A DNA stretch of 64,000 nucleotides from contig JAAOMT010000197.1 in assembly GCA_016748015.1 (NCBI GenBank), forward strand, positions 425,605 through 489,604, read 5' to 3'. The notes beneath the pieces were generated by a model. It saw nothing but the letters and a program-made list of their open reading frames with translations, did not search any database and was not told the origin of the DNA. Below are positions 54,900-64,000 of the stretch, piece after piece. This stretch comes from Geosiphon pyriformis uo1 (lineage: Eukaryota; Fungi; Glomeromycota). A program made the position numbers and the translations under genes. Position 1 is the first letter of the stretch; each line of letters starts with the position of its first letter.

Positions 54900-57400
54900 T
54901 TGTAGACTTGTAATAATATATAATTACTTTATTGTAAAAATCAATTTTTTATTAAAAATTCTTAATTATAAACTAAAAAAAAATTTTTTTTGTTTAAATT
55001 TAAATTTAATTATATAATTTATTAATTAAGATTTGTGAATTTTGAAACAATATTTAAATAAAGTTTGAATTTTTAAAAATAAATTTTTATTTTATTAATT
55101 AATTAATTATTAAAAAAGATAATTTTAAGTCAATAACAATAAGTAAATAATTATTTATACTAATAAAACACTTAAACTAACAAAATTTAAATATAGTTTT
55201 ACCAAATTAAAAGCAACAGCTATTATTTAAGCTTTCAAACATTTTTAACAAAATTTATAAAGAGAAAAAAATTTAATATTATTATTAACAATATTGGCCT
55301 TAAATAACTTAACAAAAAGAACTTAGAACTCAGTACCAAATAATTTTAATAGACTAATTTTTTAATCAATTATAAATATATTGTTTACTACAAACTTAAA
55401 AATTACATACAAATGTTAATAGTCTTTTTAGAATAAGACAAAGTTAGTATTAAAACCAACTATATTACAATTTAACCAATAATTAACAATAAAACAATGA
55501 ATTTTAAAAACTATAATAATATTAAAAACCATCTAAAAATTTTTATCATGCCAAAAAATTGGTTTTCAGCTAAAAAACACTGATTATAATACCAAGCAAA
55601 ACAATATTTTTTATATTACAACAAATTTTATTATTGAAATTATCAAAACTTAAACAATTTATTTAGATTGGTACAACAAATTAAAAAAAACAATTTTATA
55701 TAACATTTATACAGATTTTTGTTTAATACACTTAAAAAAAATAGTACAATTTAAAAAACACTTAAATATTATTTTTGGTCTTATATATAAAAAAACATTT
55801 AACAGTATATAAAATCTTGTAATAATTGTTAAAAAAAAAAAGAAATCCACTTTACTGAATCTTTAAATCCAATTAAAATTGGACAACTTTTTGACAAAAT
55901 TAGTATTAATTTAGTTAGATTACTAACTATTACAAACCAAAAAAATTGTTATATTGCAGTTATAGTAAATTATCTTACTAAATAGTCTAAAGTTAGAATT
56001 ATTCAAAAAACAAATACAAAATTAATAATAAATTTTATTTATAAAAACATTATTTGTAGATATAGATATTTAATTGAACTTTTATTTAATTAAAAACATA
56101 TTTTGTAAACAACTTGATACAAAAAATTTGTAAATAATTTAATATCAAAAAAAATTTATTTTTGCCTTATTATCTATAAAAAAATAGATTTGTAAAACAT
56201 TTCAACCAAATATTATGTAAATTATTAACCCAAATTTTAATTAATTTTGAACAAAAATAAGATATTTTTATTCTATTAGTATTATTAATACATAAAACAC
56301 TAAAACAAAACACTATAAAACACATATTATTTAACTTAATCTACAAAAAAATGCAATATTACCAATTAATTTTATTGTAGAAACATATTAGTACAACCAA
56401 TCACATAAAAAAACTTTCAAAAAACACTTCAATAAAGAGCTTATACTTTTTTTAGCATATTAAAAAGAAAACAATAAATTGTAATTCATATTGAATATTT
56501 TTAAACTTAATAAAAAAAACAGCATAATAACAAATTGCCATCTATTACCAATAAATTCAAGATTGAAAATAAAGTTTTTTTATACAAAACTAAGACTGAA
56601 AAACAATAAAGTAGAAAATTTAATTATAAATAAAACAGACTATTTTATATTTATAAAGTTCTAGACAATAGATTATATAAGTTAAGACTTAATAACAAAA
56701 TCTTAACAAAAATTGTATATGAAGATTAATTAAAACACTATTATTTTATAACCAATTTCAAATCATTAATTTTACAAATTAGTATATATTTTTTTTAATT
56801 AATCTTGAAAATATTTCTTAAAACTTAGAATTAGTAGTTGTAATAAGCAACAATTAAACTAGAATATTTAATTTATTTATTATATTAATATCTTCTTTAA
56901 AAATAATACAAAAACATTAAAACAAAAATAAAAAAATAATTACCAGAAAATATTCAATTTAAAAATATATAAAATTTTTATACCAAAAATAATTTTATTT
57001 TTCTTTTACAAATCTAGAAAAATTTTTATAACTTATAATAATTATTCTCTAAAACATTTAACAAATATTTTAAAAATTAATAATAGCTTTAAAAATACTT
57101 TTTAACTTATTTATAATAATTAATAGAAATTAAGTTAATTATATTTAAAAAGAAACTACAATCTCAATAATAAATAATTCTTAGAATTATTATTTTTATA
57201 AAAGAAAAATAAAAAGTTTTTTGAAATTTATTTGCCAAATTTTTTGAAGCAAGCTTTGGAAAAAACCTATTATTTACTTCTATAGATATTTTTCCAAATA
57301 TTATAATACAATAAAAACTTTAATTGTGTTTTAACAAAAACAGTAAAACTGTCTAATAAAAGCAATATTAAATCTTCTAAGAAAGGAAAAATGCTTTATA
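54900..57400 (+). mobile_element. Strongly decayed gypsy pol (RNase H and integrase) and ORF3 remnant
   Basis: PIKIGQLFDKISINLVRLL, YIAVIVNYLTK*SK, RFVKHFNQILC and KFNYK*NRLFYIYKVLDNRLYKL. Collinear with 27.4-31 kb and with the reverse complement of 59.4-61.9 kb. Confidence 0.75.
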
Positions 57401-57453
57401 GAATATTAAATTTTTTAAAACAAATAATATTAAAATGCTATCAGAAAAATAAT

Positions 57454-58508
57454 AAAAAAAACTTCTTTCTCCTTTACATCCCAAATTTCTAAAATAGCAC
57501 ATTTTTTGAAGAAGTTTTTGTTTTTTATATCTGTTTTTATCTTTTATTTTTACTTGGTTTTTACAATTTTTCAACTTATCAATCTTTTTGTTGTCCCTTT
57601 GGCATCTGATGCTGTCAATGCTATGTTCACAAAGAAATTGGCCAGAGGTGCTGCTACAAGCTCTGTAAATAGTAGTCTAAGACAAAAATCAAAGATTTTG
57701 CTTAGAAAAGTTAAACACTCGGGTGATAAAGCTGATTTGTTTTTCAAATTATTTGCAAGCAATCCCAACCAGTATGAAAACATGAATACTTCTTTTGACA
57801 AAAAGTTAGGACACAAGATGGGCAAAAACTTGGACTATAGTGCTGATAGCAAGAGTGATGGGCCGCTGGACTCTTGTATCAACACCCCAAAGGCTAAATG
57901 CTTCAACTCTGATACAGTAAAGACTCCATCTTTGGGTTTTTGTGATTTTGGCTCTACTGTTGACAATGTTAACATGGACTTACCTCTCTTTGTTTCTTTG
58001 GAAACCCCTCTTTATCCAGTTACTTCTGTCAAGAAGAGACTCTGCTTTGAACCAACCAAATTTTTTGCACTCAACATTGGTCTGTTGGCTGTTTCCAGAA
58101 ATACTCTACATAACAAACTCAAGGGTGTTAGAAAGCTATTCTACAAAATTGATGGTTTTGGGGATGTATCGACTCCATTGAAATTTCCAGACATTATTAA
58201 GATGTCTTTCACATCTAAATCCAGTCTTGCTTTGGCTAAACAGTTGGCTGTGTCTGAGAATTTTGTTGTTAACATTGATCTAAAAAAGATCAGCATATAA
58301 TCAGATCAGAAAATTGTTATTAAAGAAATTCTGGTTGATCTGTCCAAATCAGCAATTGAGTCAGCTTTGGTCAAGTATGAAAAATTTTTTTCAATCAAAA
58401 TGCAGCTGATTGGTCTCTGGCAGAAAGTGCTGGTGAAGTTTAAAAGTTTTTAGGTTGCTAATTTGGTTGTGTCTAAATAGTCAATCTTGCTGAGTAAAGA
58501 CTTGGTGT
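57454..58508 (+). mobile_element. LINE 5' end and ORF1 N-terminal part (ATG ~57623), interrupted by a gypsy insertion
   Basis: Conserved 5' terminus AAAAAAACTTCTTTCTC. ORF 57506-58300 is homologous to 23557-24117 (NTPKAK, FALNIGL, TPLKFPDII). Confidence 0.85.
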
Positions 58509-59399
58509 TGTTACAAGTAATTATTTCTGTTGTTGAATTAAATAACAAACCTGTAACTTGGTGCTCAAAAGCTACTTCCATGAATGAGGTTCTGCAAGTG
58601 TTGTATCTGAAGGTTTTGATGAAGTCTTTTGTATAATAGACAGAAATTCAATAGTGTTAATAGTAGATGTATCTTTCTAAAAGTTTTTCCAATTTCTTTC
58701 TCAGCATGGTGGCCGGATTTAGTCTGGCAGTCATGCCCTTCTGGTAAGCTATCCGATAATATATAAAATTCTACTCTTATTTCTGGGTCTTTTACCAGGC
58801 CATCTTTGATGTCAATAACTCAGTGCTTAATTTTTTAATCAATTAGTATACAACAACAAAATCAAAAAAGAAAGAAAATAAAATAAAGAAAAAGAAAAAT
58901 AAAGACAATAGAAAGAATAAGCCAAGGCAATTTGGTACATTAGTATCTCGTCAATAGCCATGATCAAGAGCTATTGTTCCAGTATAGTTAAGTATCAATT
59001 ACTATCAACATGAAGTATTGATAGTGGGGAGTGGGTTGAGATATGAAATAATTATTTATTTGATGATTGGGAACTGGAATGTTGCTTAAATTAAATCTAA
59101 ACTGAGAGAGCTGTCTTTTCAGCTTCTAATCCTACTGCTATATATACATAATTGAGATTTCTCAATTCCTCAATTCTTTGCAACAAGAATCCTGGGATTT
59201 CTGGAATTCTGCGATTTCTGATGAGAAAAATCCTGGAATTCTGGAATCCTGCAATTCCTTGTCGAAGAATTCTGAAATTCCTGAAATCCTGCAATTCTTT
59301 TGAGAGGAATTCTGGAATTCCATATTTACTATGTTTATCTCTGATTGGCTAATATTTACTGACTAATAATACTATATTTCTTATATTCTATGAGTAACA
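58509..59399 (-). repeat. 3' LTR, family A (CCAAT box, U3 tandem repeats, TATA, AATAAA)
   Basis: TG...CA termini. On the minus strand: AGCCAATCAG, GGAATTCC-type repeats, TATATATAG near 59140 and AAATAAATAA near 59055. Confidence 0.9.
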
Positions 59400-59410
59400 T
59401 TATTCCCTCC
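59400..59410 (-). promoter_or_regulatory. Polypurine tract GGAGGGAATAA
   Basis: Immediately precedes the TG of the 3' LTR on the minus strand. Confidence 0.85.
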
Positions 59411-59418
59411 TTTTAATA

Positions 59419-60072
59419 TTAAGCTCCATTGAAATCCAATTCATTTAATTTTCCCTCTTGAAGTATTTTCTGAATTTCATTTTCGAGAATTACTTGTGTT
59501 ATTTGAGTTCGTAATTCTTTAAATTGAGTATTAGTGATTTTTCCCAATTGATTACTGGTAATCGTATCCATTGTTTTGTTAAATAGAATTTCTGGTCAAT
59601 CCTAAAATGCTGTGTGTATTCGGTATATAGCTCGAGCTTGTGTGGATAAGTTGTTTTTTCCCACAAAATGTTCTAGTTGTTGTAGTATTGTTGTGTTGAA
59701 TAACCACTTTGTTTTATCCGTATATAAGTTCTGGATATTCACATGTTGTCTCAAGTAAAAATAACAATAGTTTTTTGGAAATTGTTGTATCCACCAAGTC
59801 CAAGTTTCTCTGGTAAGTTCTTGGTGTAATCTGACTATTTGTTGTTCTTTCATGGCCAATTTTATCTTAGTCATGATCTTGTTGACCACGTTTTCAAGTC
59901 TTTTCTGTGCTTTGTTTTGTGATATTTTTGCTGTATTTTTGTAATGAATGGTTTGTTGATTGATGGTAATTTCCATCTCCTGGTGTTGGATTAATTGGAA
60001 AATTTGTTGGGCTAGTGAATAGATATTGTCCATAATCTCCATTTTTCTGCTCTCTTCTGTTGCGTCGACCAT
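59419..60072 (-). pseudogene. Gypsy extra ORF (ORF3), ~217 codons, unknown function, with two premature stops
   Basis: ORF 59602-60096 continues in frame after TAG-GAT-TGA as PEILFNKTMDTITSNQLGKITNTQFKELRTQ...LDFNGA* and ends just before the PPT. Confidence 0.7.
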
Positions 60073-62026
60073 GTTCTTATATATTCTTTTTTTCAATCAA
60101 TTGGACGTGTTGTTGTCAATGATAATAATTGGTTCCAGATCTTGTGGAATCTCATCTGGTTGGACTAGTATTCTCTGTACTCCTAATTGTGGAATATTAC
60201 TGGTGGATGATGATGCTATATGGTGGTATGGTTTCAGTCAATCTCTATGTGCTGCTTTGGTCAAGATTTTGTCATTCAATTTTAATTTGTAAGCTCTATT
60301 TTCTAGAATTTCTTCTATGTGAAATGGTCCATCTCATTTGGGGTCAAATTTTTCATTCCATTGTTTTTCCACTTTGGTACAATATAGTAGTACTTTGTTT
60401 CCAATCCTGAATTCAACTGGTTTATCTGGTAGTTGGTTATCATGTTTTTTTTTTGTTTCTCTTGTGACTTTTGTATGTTATCAGTTGCTTTTCGTCATTT
60501 GTTTTTTAATGTTTCTATTAAGTCATATGTTCTTCTCAACAATGTATTTTTGAAATTCTCTTCTGTTATTGGTTTAGTTAGATATGTGCTGACTTCTATT
60601 TCTACTGGTAGTATTGTTGTTCTACCATATACTAATTCAAATAGTGTTGCTTGTATAGTATCTTGCTTCATTGTCCGATAAGCAAATAGTACTGATGGTA
60701 TCAACAAATCCCAATCATTCTGGTTTTCTTGGCTGAGTTTAGCTATTGCTTCACACAATGTTCTGTTAAATCTTTCAACTAATCCATTGGTTTGTGAATG
60801 GTATGGTGATGATAGTGGTCTCTTAATTTTGAATCTTTGGCTCAATTCTGTTAATGTTTTGTTCACAAAATAAGTTCCTTGGTCTGATAATAATTCTTTT
60901 AGACATCCATGTCAACAGATCAAATTCTGATGAACAAATTTGGTAATGGATTCTGCATCCACTCTTTAAATTGCTTTCATCTCTGGCCATTTAGTAAGAT
61001 AGTCCATGGCTACTGCTATGTACCTGTTTCCTCTGCTGGTAATTGTTAATCGTCTGACTAGATCAATTCTAACACAGTCGAATGGTTGTTCTACTTTGAT
61101 TGGTTTTAATGGTTCACTGGGTTTTGTACCTTTTCTTTGCTGATAAGCATCACAATTTTGAACATATTGAATGATGTCTGGATATATTGATGGCCAATAG
61201 TATCTTTTTTTGGTTCTTTCTATGATTGCTTCTTTGTGAAAATGTCCTGCTGTTGAATTTGAGTGCATGTTGAATAATATTGTCTCTTTTTCTGGTTCTG
61301 TAACTACTTTAATTGGTTGATCTGGAATTTTTCTATTTTTCTGATAAAGTATATTTTGGTGAGTGATAAAATATTTTGATTGTTGTTTGATACTCTTTCA
61401 TTCCATTTAAGATAAATTCTCCTTGAACTGTTGAGTGTTTATATAATGTTGCAGTTGTTAATATTTTTGTATGTTTATCTTTTGTTATATTTTTCGTTGA
61501 TATTGTTCTGGTTTTATTATATTTTTGTGTTAAAATGTTCTTAGATTTGTCTCATTTGTGACAAACTGTCAGCATTTTCATTGTCTTTTCCATTTTTGTA
61601 ATGTATAGTATAATTGTATAGTGCGAGTGTCATTTTCCATCTTGACTGTCTTCCATCTCCAAATTCTTGTTTTTGGAGTGATGTTAATCCCTTGTGATCT
61701 GTGTATACTTCAAACTTCTGGTTCAAATATTCTTTCCATTTCATGACTGCCCAGTATATTGCTAAGTGTTTTTGTTCTGGTATTCCATAGTTCTTTTCGG
61801 CTGGTGTTAAACCTCTGCTGGCATATACTACTGGATGTTCTCTACTGTCTGGTCCTCTCTGAGATAATACTGCTCCCAATGCTTAACCAGATGCATCGGT
61901 GGTGATGATGAATGGTTTGCTGTGATCTGAATAAATCAGTACTGGAGCTTGAATGAGCTTTCTTTTCAAAATGTCAAAAGCTTCTTGTTGACTTTCTGCC
62001 CATTCATATTTGGTATTCTTGGTTTG

Positions 62027-62217
62027 NNNNNNNNNNNNNNNNNNNNNNNNNNNNNNNNNNNNNNNNNNNNNNNNNNNNNNNNNNNNNNNNNNNNNNNNNN
62101 NNNNNNNNNNNNNNNNNNNNNNNNNNNNNNNNNNNNNNNNNNNNNNNNNNNNNNNNNNNNNNNNNNNNNNNNNNNNNNNNNNNNNNNNNNNNNNNNNNNN
62201 NNNNNNNNNNNNNNNNN
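62027..62217. other. Assembly gap (191 N) flanked by an apparently identical 279-bp duplication (61748-62026 = 62218-62496)
   Basis: Seen directly. Probably an unmerged contig overlap. Confidence 0.9.
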
Positions 62218-64000
62218 TGCCCAGTATATTGCTAAGTGTTTTTGTTCTGGTATTCCATAGTTCTTTTCGGCTGGTGTTAAACCTCTGCTGGCATATACTA
62301 CTGGATGTTCTCTACTGTCTGGTCCTCTCTGAGATAATACTGCTCCCAATGCTTAACCAGATGCATCGGTGGTGATGATGAATGGTTTGCTGTGATCTGA
62401 ATAAATCAGTACTGGAGCTTGAATGAGCTTTCTTTTCAAAATGTCAAAAGCTTCTTGTTGACTTTCTGCCCATTCATATTTGGTATTCTTGGTTTGCAGT
62501 TGGTTAAGTGGCTGTGCTATCTTGGAAAAGTTCTTGATAAAATGTCGATAATAGCTGGCAAATTCCAAGAATGATTTCAATTCTGTTATATTGGTCAGCA
62601 CTGGAAAGTTTTTTACTATCTCTATTTTCTCTGGATCTGTTTTGATGCTGTCTTTGCTGACTATGTGTCCCAAGAATTTTAGCTCTGTTTTGTCAAAGAA
62701 GCACTTTGTTGCATTTAATTTTAGCCCTGCTCTTCTTAGTCTTTCGAACACTTGTTGAAGATGATAAAGATGATCATCAAATGTTTTTGAGAATACATTG
62801 GTGTCATTCAAGTATACAACTACTGATTTCCACAATAAGCCAGTATAGACAATTTCCATTAGCCGTTGGAAAGTAGCTGGTGTGTTGGTTAAACCAAATA
62901 GTATTACTTCAAATTCAAAATTTTCTTCTCTCATGGTGAATGCTGTCTTCTCTTTGTTGGCTGGATCTATGGCTACTTGCCAGTAACCACTATCTAAGTC
63001 TAATGTTGAGAACCATTTGTTTCCACCAAAAGCATCAATTTGTGAAGTTGGATAGCTGTCTCCACGAGTTACACCATTGAGTTTTCTGTAGTCTACACAA
63101 AATCAAATTTTTCCATTCTTCTTACGGACGAGTACCACTGGTGATAACTATGGGCTCATTGATGGCTGAATTAGCCCATTGTCAAGCATTCAGTTTATTT
63201 TTTGATGAATAATTTCATGGCTGACTGGTGGCACTCTGTATGCTCTTTGTTTAATTGGTATTGCATCTCCAGTCTTGATCTGATGCTGAATGATGTCAGT
63301 TCGGCCAAACTTATTTTTGCTGGCAAAGATGTCATTGAACTGGTTGAGCAACATCTTGAGTTGCATACGTTGAAGTGGATCTAAGTTTCCCATGTTTATT
63401 TGTTCCAATTGTTCTGGTTGGAGCAAATAATATTTACTTTGCCCATATATTGTTTGTGATGTGATATCAACATATTCACAAAGTTGTGGAAAGTCTGAAA
63501 TGGGGTTTGGTGATTGATTCTTCATTTCAGTGTTTAAGTATCCAATAATGATTCTGGCTGGTATTTCTATGACATTTCTTGTATTGTTGTAGATGGAAAT
63601 TTTGATGTGACTGTAATCTTTGGCTGGTATGTGGAGATTGATGAGTCCAACTTCTCTTGATTCACAAAGACTGGCTTCTGCTTCAAAAATTTGTGCTTGT
63701 TCTTTTTCTTTCTTTTCTATTGCTAGCATGTACTGGTTATATGATGAAATAGAAATAGCTTGACCGGTTGAGATAATTTTTTCTTGGCCAACAATTTTTT
63801 CCTCCACCATATTAACTGGTACATCTATTCTACTCATTGATCCGAATTCTTGTATTCCTCTTGCTGTTATTCTTAATTCCTCCTTCTTTCCCACTAATAC
63901 TAACTTAGCTACTCTAACCAGAGGCAGGAATATTGCCTGTGCTATTTTTTCATTGGGCTCTATTATATAGGCTTTTTCTGAGTCATTTTGTAGCATAGCG

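Larger units (their letters stand above)
58509..64000 (-). mobile_element. Ty3/gypsy element (LTR family A), 3' portion: dUTPase-RT-RH-IN-ORF3-PPT-3' LTR; extends past the right edge of the window
   Basis: dUTPase: EPNEKIAQAIFLPL..TARGIQEFGS. RT: FGLTNTPATFQ, VYLNDT, KFLGH. RNase H: TTDASG, PVVYASR, VYTDHK. Integrase: H..GH..YYWP..CDAY, DYLTKWPE, QTNGLVERFNRTL. Confidence 0.93.

Noticed and set aside
58952-59000. U1 snRNA gene (ATACTTAAC... followed by a GATCAYG loop)
   Set aside because: Only short motif resemblance, with no recognisable stem-loop II or Sm-site architecture, and it lies within an LTR. Kept only as a speculative remark.
61748-62496. Apparent tandem duplication of the RNase H region in the gypsy pol
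   Set aside because: The two 279-bp copies look identical and flank an N gap, in a region where real repeats are diverged. This is most likely a scaffolding artefact.

Overview
Eukaryotic (fungal) genomic DNA. The repeat families and gene style resemble a Glomeromycotina genome such as Geosiphon, but that is an inference from memory, not a search result. The window has three parts. (1) 1-~32.9 kb: a nested block of decayed retrotransposons, namely RNase H-bearing LINEs, a dUTPase-bearing Ty3/gypsy element and solo LTRs of two related families. At least four nesting levels can be resolved from target-site duplications (TSDs). (2) ~32.9-45.8 kb: a CpG-retaining, transposon-free island with three intron-containing minus-strand host genes: a DNAJB6/B8-like J-protein with a polyQ tail, a low-complexity protein with a SAM-like domain and a probable GC-AG intron, and a bHLH-Zip transcription factor with a 19-nt microexon. 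(3) ~45.8-64 kb: an extremely AT-rich retroelement graveyard, LINE fragments and a better-preserved minus-strand Ty3/gypsy element (dUTPase-RT-RH-IN plus an extra ORF) spanning an assembly gap. The most notable signals are repeat-restricted C>T/G>A hypermutation that goes beyond CpG, a structured hairpin/branch-point module shared by two divergent LTR families, swapped U3 repeat cassettes, and a conserved non-env third ORF in the gypsy elements. Boundaries of the heavily decayed features are approximate.
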